The notes: generated from the letters alone by a model not told the origin. DNA of 64,000 nt from Pseudomonadota bacterium (GCA_039026555.1 JBCCMB010000001.1:5631-69630), one strand, 5' to 3'. Positions 28,703-37,178 are shown, counted from the stretch's first letter. A program made the numbers and translations.

Positions 28703-29773
28703 TCACCCTAGAATGCGTTTGCCGTACTTTCGTTCGCCTAGAACTGCATTTCGCAGCTTGCGCGTGTGGGCGAAGTTGGCATGAGCCTCCCAGGCCTCGA
28801 TGCGGACGTGAGCGTCAGCCTCTGTCGTGGTTCCGGCGCTCAATTGGTCGCGGAGGCTGCGCAGGCGGTGACGGAAGCGCCGGATAGTCGCCTCGGGCAA
28901 GCGACGTACGCCTTTAGGCGCCAAGACATAGCACAGGAACTCCGCGGGCTCCGCTGTCGGCGCGACCCAAGTCTTCTGCGTATGAAGCTTTAACCGTCGC
29001 CCCTCCAGGAACCGAGCGATCCGATCCCGCCAATCTGCAAGGATTGCAGGATCGTCGTGAAACAATGCGAAATCGTCGACATATCGCACATAGGGCGCGC
29101 GGAGCACTTCAGTACAAAAATGGTCCAGCGGGTCTAGATAGAGATTGGCGAAAAATTGGCTGGTGAGATTTCCGATCGGCAGGCCGCGCCGGCGGGCGAC
29201 TGGCGCGAATAGATCGTCGCCTGGGAAATGTAGCTCCACCAGCTCTTGGCGGTTTGAAGCGTCGATGATGCAGTCCAGTAGGCCGAGCGTGCGCTCGCAT
29301 GCGAGACGCCGACGCAAATCGCGCTTGAGGATGGCGTGGTCGATGGCTGGGAAATAACGAAAGATGTCGCAGCGCAAGACGTAAGCGCAGCGATCACGAT
29401 AGCGCTCATACGCCTCCACCGCCCGGTGTGCGCCCTTGCCCCGCCGGTTGGCGAAGGTGTGAGCGATGAAGCCGCGTTCGAAAATTGGTTCTACGACGGC
29501 GCATACGGCGTGGTGAACCACGCGGTCGCGAAACGGGGCCGCGGAAACGATACGGTGCTTGGGATCGAAAAGTTCGATCTTCACATACCGGCCGGGGCGG
29601 TACTCGCCGCTTAACAGCGCGCGCTCAAGCGCCAAGCATTCCTTCTCTCGATCAGCCAGGAAAGCGGCGGCGCCAGGTTTCGTCTTTTTGCCGAGAGCTG
29701 CGCGGCGCGTCGCCGATACAAGCGCGCTGAAATTAGCGATCTGCGGACAAAGATTACGTTCACGCTTGGGCAT
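28703..29773 (-). CDS. DGR-type reverse transcriptase
   Basis: DPKHRIVSAAPFRDRVVHHAV, RRGLPIGNLTSQFFANLYL (the DGR hallmark I/LGxxxSQ) and YVRYVDDFALF (YxDD). 356 aa. No maturase or endonuclease domain and no intron-like flanks. Confidence 0.9.
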   Translation of the reverse strand: MPKRERNLCPQIANFSALVSATRRAALGKKTKPGAAAFLADREKECLALERALLSGEYRPGRYVKIELFDPKHRIVSAAPFRDRVVHHAVCAVVEPIFERGFIAHTFANRRGKGAHRAVEAYERYRDRCAYVLRCDIFRYFPAIDHAILKRDLRRRLACERTLGLLDCIIDASNRQELVELHFPGDDLFAPVARRRGLPIGNLTSQFFANLYLDPLDHFCTEVLRAPYVRYVDDFALFHDDPAILADWRDRIARFLEGRRLKLHTQKTWVAPTAEPAEFLCYVLAPKGVRRLPEATIRRFRHRLRSLRDQLSAGTTTEADAHVRIEAWEAHANFAHTRKLRNAVLGERKYGKRILG

Positions 29774-30143
29774 GACGCGCGGACGACGCTTTTAGCCAAC
29801 CTCCGATCAGACGTCCGACCTTGTCAATTTCACGAGCAGCGAATTCATAGCGGCGCGGGTCTAAATGGCGGAGATCATAGGCCAAGCGGAAGAGGTGGCG
29901 CAGTTTCTCCAGGCCGAGATTGGCGGCTTTCAGAGCTGGCGCGCGCTCGCGCGAATAGGTCGCGTCGATCAGGCGTTCCAGCACGTCTAGCGCGGTTCCC
30001 TGAATACGGTCGCCGAGGAGGAATTTCTGGCTGCGTGGAAACTTTTCGACCGCGGGGATCAGCCAGCGTAGGAAGCCGTTCATCGCTTCGAGCGCAGGAC
30101 CGATTTTCCGTTGCCCGGATTCATATTTCAGCGCCCCAAACAT
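29760..30143 (-). CDS. avd: Avd-like accessory variability determinant (four-helix-bundle protein)
   Basis: 127 aa, basic and helical (FPRSQKFLLGDRIQGTALDVLERLIDA...). Its 3' end overlaps the RT start by 14 nt. Confidence 0.75.
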   Translation of the reverse strand: MFGALKYESGQRKIGPALEAMNGFLRWLIPAVEKFPRSQKFLLGDRIQGTALDVLERLIDATYSRERAPALKAANLGLEKLRHLFRLAYDLRHLDPRRYEFAAREIDKVGRLIGGWLKASSARHAQA

Positions 30144-30221
30144 GGCGTTATGAAGCCGCGAGTCGCCGATTGCGTCGAGCCCCTATGCGTCGCGAATGTC
30201 CCCGAACATTGGCGGGGACAC

Positions 30222-30551
30222 TCAGGAGATTTCCATCACATCGCCGTCGCCAGATAGTAAGGCTCTTATCGCATCGGCGTGCAGCCGGAGCGACAGAGCG
30301 ATCTGTTGCGTGGCTGCGTTTCCGAGCTTTACCCAGACCAGCCTGGGCGGCGCGCCGCGGGTCTCTACCAGCGCTCGCATGTGGTCGTCTTTCGACAAGA
30401 GGGACAGACCGTTAGCACGGGCGTAGCTCCAGACTACGACGTCGTCCGCGCGCTCCAATCCGCACGCCGTGACATGACGACAGTCCGGAAACTCCACCTC
30501 AAGTATCCCTCCAAGGCGCCAGGAGAGATTTTCGTCGATCAAGAAGGTCAA
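30222..30551 (-). CDS. DUF5615 family PIN-like putative toxin
   Basis: MTFLIDENLS...VVVWSYARANGLSLLSKDDH. 4-nt overlap with the upstream DUF433 gene. Confidence 0.6.
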   Translation of the reverse strand: MTFLIDENLSWRLGGILEVEFPDCRHVTACGLERADDVVVWSYARANGLSLLSKDDHMRALVETRGAPPRLVWVKLGNAATQQIALSLRLHADAIRALLSGDGDVMEIS

Positions 30552-30772
30552 GCAGCGCTGTCCGCCAGTCGCCGCTCCCTGTCGGCCGCATAGGCGAGCG
30601 CCGCGCGAATATCCGCTATTTCGATTTCAGGAAAATCTCCGACGATTTCTTCCGGCGTCATTCCGGCCGAAAGATATTCAAGGATATCGTAGACCGTAAT
30701 CCGCAAATTCCGGATGCAGGGCTTGCCTGAGCGTTTGTCCGCTTCGAAGGTAATAACGTCTCGCCAAGACAT
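30548..30772 (-). CDS. DUF433 domain putative antitoxin
   Basis: GKPCIRNLRITVYDILEYLSAGMTPEEIVGDFPEIEIADIRAALAYA is the DUF433 signature. Confidence 0.75.
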   Translation of the reverse strand: MSWRDVITFEADKRSGKPCIRNLRITVYDILEYLSAGMTPEEIVGDFPEIEIADIRAALAYAADRERRLADSAA

Positions 30773-30849
30773 GGTTGATTATCGCCAGACCCTTGCGCCA
30801 GGTCAATGTCGGCGCGATCTAACCTGCTGAATCGATCGGGCCGCCCTTT

Positions 30850-30901
30850 TTCAAAAAAATCGAACCGGCTTCGCCGGTACAAGGCGCGGGCTTGCGCCCG
30901 C
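30850..30901 (-). terminator. Post-VR2 module: GNRA-loop hairpin plus terminator
   Basis: Coding sense: GCGGGC-GCAA-GCCCGC (30886-30901), then ACCGGCGAAGCCGGT (30864-30878) followed by TCGATTTTTTT. Confidence 0.6.
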
Positions 30902-30918
30902 TATTAAGGAAAAAGGGC

Positions 30919-33858
30919 TTAAAGCGTCCTGGCCACACGGAAACCGACAAGGTTGAACCGGTCGCCTGTGTCGTTCCTGTCGCGGAACGCCGAGCGGAGG
31001 AGCTGCGGATCGTTGAGCCAGGAACCGCCGCGGAGAACACGACGCGAGCAGTCACCGGCCGTGTGCGGAGCACCGTCGGGAGGCTGAGAAGCAAGCGTGT
31101 CACGATAGCAATCCTCCACCCATTCCCAGACATTGCCATGCATGTCGTAAACGCCGAATGCGTTAGGCTTAAAGCTGCCGATGGGTGCGGTCTCCAAGTA
31201 ATTGCCTTCGCAATCCACGACATCCCACGACAAATTGTATTTTTGTTGTGTGTCGGGATTTGCGAGGTTGGCGTAGGTGCATATCTCTGCGGCGTCGTCC
31301 CCCCAGGAATACGCCGTTTGCGTCCCCGCCCTAGCGGCATATTCCCATTCGGCTTCCGTTAACAGGCGATAGGGGCCGCCGCCCGCGTCCTTCGAAATCA
31401 TCCAATTAAGCCAGCGCACATACCCCTGCGCGTCGTTCCAGTTCAGATTGATGGCGGGATAGGTTCCCGTCCCGAAGCCTGCATCGCTGAGCGGCGCGCA
31501 GCCGATTATTGCTTCGCCATCCTCGGCCGCTAACAAGGCCGCTTGATCTGTGAAGGCGACGCATCGCGCCCATTCCTGATGAGTGATCTCGAACTGGCCG
31601 ACGGCGAAACGTTGGATCTCGATCTCTTTCTGCGGCCCCTCATCGCGAAAGCGGCCGGTTTCGTCGTCAGGTGATCCCATGACGAAACTGCCTGCGGGAA
31701 TAACGACCATTTCCGGGCATTGGGCCTCGGCGGCGCACTCTCGGAATGTCGCGCGAGCGTCAAGATCGGCTAAATCCTGAGATGACAGCGCGTAGCGCGC
31801 ATAATCGAAACGCTGCACCCATTCTCGCTTCAGTTCGAACTCAAACGCGTATCCCATACTGCCAAGCACGACCAAAAGGCCCAACGCGCCGACCGTTGCG
31901 CCAAGAAGCCGCCGGCGAGTCTTAGACCGGTTCTCCGACTTCTGCGCAGCAGACAAATAGTTCTGCTCGACCTCCCCAAGCTGGGGGCCATAGCGGGGAT
32001 GGTCCGCCAGCGCCGAGGCCGCCTTCAGCCGTTCGCCGAAATGGGTGAGGTATTCGCCTCTACGCTCCTGGCGCGCCCAGATCGCGGCGGCCTGTTTCAA
32101 CCCGCGCAAGGCTTCCAGCCGGGCTTTTTCGGGCTCCAGCCAAGCCTCCAGGCGCGGCCATTTGCGGAACAAGGCTTCATGCGCGACTTCGACGGTCCCG
32201 CCTTCGTCTCCGCTTTCCTTACGCACCACCAGCCGCCAGCGGTCGAAGCGCTCCAACAACTCCCGCTCTTCCGGCCCGAACGCGCGCCACGCCGCCACGC
32301 GCCGGATCGCTTCGCCGTCGTCATTCACATCCGCCAGCGGCGGCACGAAGACGGCTGCGCCGAGCTTTGTCTGGTGCGCCTTCGCCCCGCCTGCAGGCAG
32401 GGCTGCGTCGCGCTGTTCCGGATCGATCCCGCACAAAGCGCGCTCGGCCGCGTCCTCGATCAGGCCCGAAAGCCCCCCCATGGAGGCGTAGTCCGCATGG
32501 GCGAGCTTGCCCGACACGGCGAACTGGTCCCACAACCTTTGCAGCGCGAAGGCGAGCAGCGGCAGCGCATCCTTGCCCGGCGCATCCTCCATCAGCGCGT
32601 CGGTGAGCGCGGGATCCACCTCCACGCCATAGCGCGCCGCCGGGTCCTCGGCGACGTCGTCGAAGCGGAAGACGGGCAGCGTGCGCAAATCATATCCGCG
32701 CGCCTCCAACCCCTGAAAACGCGGATGCGCCTGCAGCTCCGGAAAGCTGTCTGTCCGGATGGTGAAGGCGAGCCGGATTGGCGAGGCCGCCTCCATAGCG
32801 GCGCGCAGATAATCAGCGAGCGCCTGGCCGTTCTCCCCGTCGGCCCGGGCGATCTCCTCCGCCTGGTCGACGCTGATGAGGAGGGTCGCGCCCGGGCGAT
32901 TGGCGCGCGTGCGCAGGCGGGCGGCTTGATCCTCCAGTGTTGCAACTAGGGCGGCGCGCCCGTCCTCCGTCAGCTCGGCCTTGTCGTCGCGCGGGGCCTG
33001 GCGCCAAGCCTCCAGCAGCGTTCGCTTCAGCGCGCCATGGGCTTCGCGCGTTCCGAAATCCGCCAGCGTCCCAGTGATCGCCTCCGCGAAGTTAAGCAGA
33101 GGGTCCGCCCCCGGCCGGAAGGCGCGCAAGGGCAGCCAGGCCGGCGCTTCTCGCCGCAAACGCGGAATGATCCCAGCCTTCAAGAGCGAGGATTTCCCGG
33201 CGCCAGACGCGCCGAGAATCACCAGGGGACGTTTGTCCGCGGCCGCCCGCATGGCGCGTAATTCTTCAAGCGCTTCGGCGATCTCCCGCGAGCGGCCGAA
33301 GAACAGCGCGGCGTCCGCATCGTCATCGCCAAAACTCTGCAGCCCTGGAAAGGGCGAGGGCCGCGCTGCGCGGTCTATCTCGAACGCCGCTGGATCGAGG
33401 CCCACAGCCGACAGCGCCCCCGCCTCGCGTAGGCCCCGTTTCAGCGTCTCAGCGCGGTCTTCGTCGCGAGCGAGGCTCAAGCCCTCAGGCGTCAGGAAGG
33501 GCGTCAGATCCAGCCCCTGGGCCTCGGCGCGCACGCGGCCCAGCTCGGCGCGCTGTTTCTCGTCCAGCGTCGCCTCTTCGCCCAGCAGGAAAAGCGGAAT
33601 AATCCGCTTGCCCATATACCAGGCGGCCTTGAACTCGGACGGGCATTCGCCTGAGGCGAGCCAATTGGGCGTTACCAGGCACAAGACCACGCGGCAGGCG
33701 CCCGCGTTCGCTCTCAGCGCATCGGCCCACGCTTCGCCGCCGGAAATGCTCGAATGGTCGATAAAAAGATCGGTAAAGCCTTCGGCTCTCAGCCAGGCCT
33801 CAAGCCGGCTGGCCAAATCGTCATCCCGACTGGAATGGGAAATGAAAATCGTCGCCAC
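30919..33858 (-). CDS. TIR - STAND P-loop NTPase - TM - FGE-sulfatase (C-type lectin fold) protein; DGR target 2
   Basis: MATIFISHSSRDDD (TIR). FFGRSREI...RPLVILGASGAGKSSLLKAG (Walker A) and TLLISVDQAEE (Walker B), followed by a long helical region. TM segment LLGATVGALGLLVVLGSMGYAF preceded by KTRRR. The FGE domain has MVVIPAGSFVMGS, INLNWNDAQGY, LLTEAEWEYAARAG and GVYDMHGNVWEW. Confidence 0.85.
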   Translation of the reverse strand: MATIFISHSSRDDDLASRLEAWLRAEGFTDLFIDHSSISGGEAWADALRANAGACRVVLCLVTPNWLASGECPSEFKAAWYMGKRIIPLFLLGEEATLDEKQRAELGRVRAEAQGLDLTPFLTPEGLSLARDEDRAETLKRGLREAGALSAVGLDPAAFEIDRAARPSPFPGLQSFGDDDADAALFFGRSREIAEALEELRAMRAAADKRPLVILGASGAGKSSLLKAGIIPRLRREAPAWLPLRAFRPGADPLLNFAEAITGTLADFGTREAHGALKRTLLEAWRQAPRDDKAELTEDGRAALVATLEDQAARLRTRANRPGATLLISVDQAEEIARADGENGQALADYLRAAMEAASPIRLAFTIRTDSFPELQAHPRFQGLEARGYDLRTLPVFRFDDVAEDPAARYGVEVDPALTDALMEDAPGKDALPLLAFALQRLWDQFAVSGKLAHADYASMGGLSGLIEDAAERALCGIDPEQRDAALPAGGAKAHQTKLGAAVFVPPLADVNDDGEAIRRVAAWRAFGPEERELLERFDRWRLVVRKESGDEGGTVEVAHEALFRKWPRLEAWLEPEKARLEALRGLKQAAAIWARQERRGEYLTHFGERLKAASALADHPRYGPQLGEVEQNYLSAAQKSENRSKTRRRLLGATVGALGLLVVLGSMGYAFEFELKREWVQRFDYARYALSSQDLADLDARATFRECAAEAQCPEMVVIPAGSFVMGSPDDETGRFRDEGPQKEIEIQRFAVGQFEITHQEWARCVAFTDQAALLAAEDGEAIIGCAPLSDAGFGTGTYPAINLNWNDAQGYVRWLNWMISKDAGGGPYRLLTEAEWEYAARAGTQTAYSWGDDAAEICTYANLANPDTQQKYNLSWDVVDCEGNYLETAPIGSFKPNAFGVYDMHGNVWEWVEDCYRDTLASQPPDGAPHTAGDCSRRVLRGGSWLNDPQLLRSAFRDRNDTGDRFNLVGFRVARTL
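30922..31047 (-). repeat. DGR variable repeat VR2 (divergent)
   Basis: Same length and flanks as the other VRs. By my count ~16 mismatches lie at TR adenines and 6 at non-adenine positions (GGT to GGC, CTT to CTC, and within ACC ACC ACG to GAC ACA GGC). Confidence 0.65.
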
Positions 33859-34077
33859 TGGATCGTGTCCCCGCCTTACAATGTCGACATTTTAAGCGGG
33901 CGGTCGAGGCAATGTCCAATCTCGAGAGTTGCTAGCCGACGACTGCTCAAACACATCGCATGATCACTCAATTCGATGCATTAACAGTCATGTCGTCGTC
34001 TCCGCGCTGTTCGCCAGCGCGGAAGAAATGATACGCTGCCGGGGGCAGACGGACCAACAACGCCAAGAAGGACGCCA

Positions 34078-34461
34078 ATGGTTGGGGGAAAGCGCAGCGC
34101 TGCGGAGATCGAAGAGGCCATTGGGCGGCAGATCAGACACGCCCGCCGAAAGCGCAAATTATCGCAAGAGGACTTGGCGGAAGCTCTGGAGCTGATCCAT
34201 CAACAGATCCAGAAATATGAGAAAGGGGTCAACCGGATTGCTTCAGGAACGTTGTTCGATATCGCGCGAATCCTGGACAAACCGATCAGCTATTTCTACG
34301 GCGAATACATCATGGACCCGGTGCTCGAAGACCGAGAGCGAAAAACGCCGGGCTGCCAGGCGTGCTTGACCTTGTTGCAGCAGTTTGAGCGGCCCGCGTC
34401 TTACGCCTTCATCGAAGAATTCCTACACGCTGCTCTGCTGCGCGAGGGCGGCAAGCGTTAA
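34078..34461 (+). CDS. XRE family helix-turn-helix transcriptional regulator
   Basis: IGRQIRHARRKRKLSQEDLAEALELIHQQIQKYEKGVNRIASGTLFDIARIL is a canonical Cro/C1 HTH. Confidence 0.8.
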   Translation: MVGGKRSAAEIEEAIGRQIRHARRKRKLSQEDLAEALELIHQQIQKYEKGVNRIASGTLFDIARILDKPISYFYGEYIMDPVLEDRERKTPGCQACLTLLQQFERPASYAFIEEFLHAALLREGGKR

Positions 34462-34682
34462 CCCTTTTTGTCTTCGTTCAGGATCAGCGCACCGGCGTTC
34501 AACCCCTGCGCCACACGCCACCGCAAGAGTTCGCTTTCTCCAATCGCTAGCGCGCGTTCAACCGCTTCGCGGGTTTCTTCCTCATAGATCTCCGCCGCAT
34601 CCAATATCCAGCGAACGCCCTCAAGATATCTGGCGGCCTCAGCCGCCAGAAGGAGTTTATCGGCGGTGGAATAGGCCATCAT
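34458..34682 (-). CDS. Hypothetical small protein (74 aa)
   Basis: ATGA overlap with the upstream dioxygenase gene suggests translational coupling. No recognisable motif. Confidence 0.3.
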   Translation of the reverse strand: MMAYSTADKLLLAAEAARYLEGVRWILDAAEIYEEETREAVERALAIGESELLRWRVAQGLNAGALILNEDKKG

Positions 34683-35695
34683 GCGGCCCGTTTTGCTGGC
34701 GGCGCGTTCTGCAGGTCATAGAGGTCCGCGATGGACGCATCAGGCCATGGGCGCGGCCAGACCACTGGGTGATCGGGCGAGAGCAACCGATCACCGGGTT
34801 TGAGGAGATTTTGCCCATAGGTCCGCGGCGAAGCGCCCGGACGGTCGACATAACGAACGTCGTCGCCGCAGTAATGGATGGAAAGCGCGCGGCGCATCTG
34901 GTCGGTTGGGTTACCGCCAGCGCCGTGCACGGTGAGGACATGGTGCGCGATTACATCCCCCGGATAAACATCGAAGCTCACAATGTCATAATCGTCTTCA
35001 TTGGCTTCGATATCGGGGCAACGCGGCGCTTGCGCGCCGGGCATGGGGGTCTGCGATACGAACATGTTGGGTGCGTATTCCTTCCCCCATTTGTGCGAGC
35101 CGCGGACATAACGCGTAACGCCGTTCGCAAGCGTGGCGGGATCAAGCGGCACCCAGAAAATAACGCTCTGATCGCCCTCAAACTGGTTATAGCCAAGGTC
35201 CTGATGGAAGGCGGTTTTCTGGCGTGTGTGCGGCGCTTTAACGAAGCTGCCGTCCTCCCAGAAATTGACAACGGATGCGTCCATCAACTGAGCGGCGATA
35301 CGTGGCAGATGCGAGTCGAAGGCGACCTCGCGGATCTCCCGGTGGCGTCGCCAACCTGACGTTTCATAGACAAACGCCCCATTTTGGTCGGCGTCCTGCC
35401 GGGTGTCTAACAAAGGCCGCGCCTCCGGATCGCTCTTGATGACGGCGGCGAAATGATCGATGGCGAAACGTGCCGCATCGCCGATATCGACATTGTTTTT
35501 GCGGGTTTCCCAGACCTGTTCGGCGATGCTTTCCAGATCATAGGCGGTCGGCGATTGACCGACGGAGGCGATTTGTTGATCGACCGCGTTTTGCAAGCCG
35601 ACAAGTTCGGTCATGCCGAGCACATCGCGCAGGCAGACGACGCCGTCGCGGTCGAAAATGGCTTTGTCTTCAGCAGAGAGCTTGAAATTGGTCAT
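34679..35695 (-). CDS. Phytanoyl-CoA dioxygenase (PhyH) family Fe(II)/2-oxoglutarate oxygenase
   Basis: TAFHQDLGY (HxD), RYVRGSHKWG and HHVLTVHGAGGN (distal His) in a 338-aa PhyH-like layout. Confidence 0.7.
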   Translation of the reverse strand: MTNFKLSAEDKAIFDRDGVVCLRDVLGMTELVGLQNAVDQQIASVGQSPTAYDLESIAEQVWETRKNNVDIGDAARFAIDHFAAVIKSDPEARPLLDTRQDADQNGAFVYETSGWRRHREIREVAFDSHLPRIAAQLMDASVVNFWEDGSFVKAPHTRQKTAFHQDLGYNQFEGDQSVIFWVPLDPATLANGVTRYVRGSHKWGKEYAPNMFVSQTPMPGAQAPRCPDIEANEDDYDIVSFDVYPGDVIAHHVLTVHGAGGNPTDQMRRALSIHYCGDDVRYVDRPGASPRTYGQNLLKPGDRLLSPDHPVVWPRPWPDASIADLYDLQNAPPAKRAA

Positions 35696-35697
35696 GA

Positions 35698-36368
35698 TTA
35701 GGCGGCCTCCTGATTGGAACGCAGGGATTCAGGGATGAAGTTGAAGATTGGGGCGAGCGCGAAGGTTATGTGCTCTTGCGGGTCGTTGAGCCGCGCCCGC
35801 ATGGCCGCGAGCGAGGCTTCATCAACTCGTGATAAGGCGGCGATGTAGGTTTCATCATCGTTCTCGTCGTGGCGCGGCAGCCCAAGCGGTTCGATTTGCA
35901 TCACCCGCTTGATGGTCGCGTAAAAGCTGGGGCCGGTGTACCAGGCGATATGGTTGACGCCCGCGGCCAAGCCGTACTCGTTCACGCCGATGCCGATGCG
36001 CCACATCACATCATAGTGCTGCTGGCGCGAGGCCAATCCCGCGACACGACGAACCGCGAGGCTTCCCAAATCGTTCGATCGCGAGGGACCGCCTGAAGGT
36101 CGCATGCGTCTTCAAACAAGTCCGACAACATGGTCGGGCCGGTCGTGGGGTTGAGTCGGCAGCAGCCCAACACTTTCCGCCGGCCTTCATCAAGGTGCAG
36201 GATGTAAACGGTTTCGTCGGTGTCGAACTGGTCTTTGTCGCGACCAGGCGTTGCACCGGGCACCCGCCATCCCCATTTTTTGACGACGACGTCGTACCGC
36301 ATGCGGTACATGTCCTCGATCAGGGGCGCATAACAGCGCCGGTTTCCCGGGGTTACGATTTCGATCAT
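35698..36368 (-). pseudogene. luxI: LuxI-family acyl-homoserine-lactone synthase, apparently frameshifted
   Basis: ORF 36006-36368 gives the N-terminal two thirds (EDMYRMRYDVVVKKWGWRV...DQFD...RLNPTTGPTMLSD...IWEASRFVV). ORF 35698-36105, in another frame, gives the C-terminal part (EYGLAAGVNHIAWYTGPSFYATIKRV...PLGLP). The two ORFs overlap by 100 nt. Confidence 0.65.
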
Positions 36369-36449
36369 GTGCTCCCTCCAAATCGCGAGAGCTGCACAAT
36401 GGTTAATGATCTGAAAATTGGGTATCTAGCCGATCGATGGCTTGACCCG

Positions 36450-37178
36450 TCAGGGTACGATTAAATCTCGCGCAATCGCCCGGGAGACGGCTTGGGTAGT
36501 GTTGACGCAATTCAGTTTACGTCGTGCGCGCACCAGCGCGTCTTTCACCGCCGCCTCGCTGATCGACATAATCACGCTCATCTCCCAGACGGTTTTGCCG
36601 ACTGCGGCGTATTGGAGAACGTCGCGTTCACGAGGCGCGAGCTTTACATCCGGGACGACCGGTACCGGCGGCTGCATATCCTCGAGCCGATAGTAGAAAT
36701 GCATGCTCACCAGCTGCAGCGCCGCAAAATCATCTTTCGAGATATCCACTTTGTTGGTGGCTAAGGAGACCCCGCCATCAACGCTGCCAGGCCTGCGCAT
36801 GGGTAGCATGATCCCGTCATTCAGGTCAAAGTCGCGCGCAATCTGCTGCACCGGACCATTGCCGTATCTTCGCTCGAACTTAAAGGCCTCCGCCCAACTA
36901 AACGGCCGCCGCGAGCGCATGGCGTAGATAATGACGGGGTCGCGGAGCAGATGCCCCTTTTCGAGCTGATACTCGACGATCTGACCTGGAAAATTGGAAT
37001 AGCTCATCGCCTTGTGCAGCTTCGGATTAAGCGGATTGACGAGTTGGCTGACGAAGAAGCGCTCGAACCCAAGCTTTCGGATAAAGCTGGAAAACACCCC
37101 GAGCACGCCATCGGTGGTCCGCGCGTCGTCAATCTCAGCTAAGGTGTCGAGCACCTCAATGCGTTGGCGTACATCCAT
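36450..37178 (-). CDS. luxR: LuxR family transcriptional regulator (autoinducer-binding plus HTH)
   Basis: N-terminal autoinducer-binding-like domain. The C-terminal LAPRERDVLQYAAVGKTVWEMSVIMSISEAAVKDALVRARRKL is a LuxR/GerE HTH. Confidence 0.85.
   Translation of the reverse strand: MDVRQRIEVLDTLAEIDDARTTDGVLGVFSSFIRKLGFERFFVSQLVNPLNPKLHKAMSYSNFPGQIVEYQLEKGHLLRDPVIIYAMRSRRPFSWAEAFKFERRYGNGPVQQIARDFDLNDGIMLPMRRPGSVDGGVSLATNKVDISKDDFAALQLVSMHFYYRLEDMQPPVPVVPDVKLAPRERDVLQYAAVGKTVWEMSVIMSISEAAVKDALVRARRKLNCVNTTQAVSRAIARDLIVP

Noticed and set aside
28703-29773. RT as a group II intron maturase or a retron RT
   Set aside because: There is no intron-like RNA domain flank, no X/maturase or En domain and no msr/msd-like repeats. 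The IGNLTSQ motif, the overlapping Avd-like gene and a matching TR/VR set point to a DGR RT.
31999-33895. Plus-strand ORFs 31999-32949 (316 aa) and 32981-33895 (304 aa)
   Set aside because: They lie antisense to the TIR-STAND-FGE gene, which has clear TIR, Walker A/B and FGE motifs. Their products are Arg/Ser/Ala-rich with no motifs.
34385-35359. 324-aa plus-strand ORF
   Set aside because: It lies antisense to the PhyH-family gene and the small coupled ORF, and its sequence is low-complexity. It is a shadow ORF.
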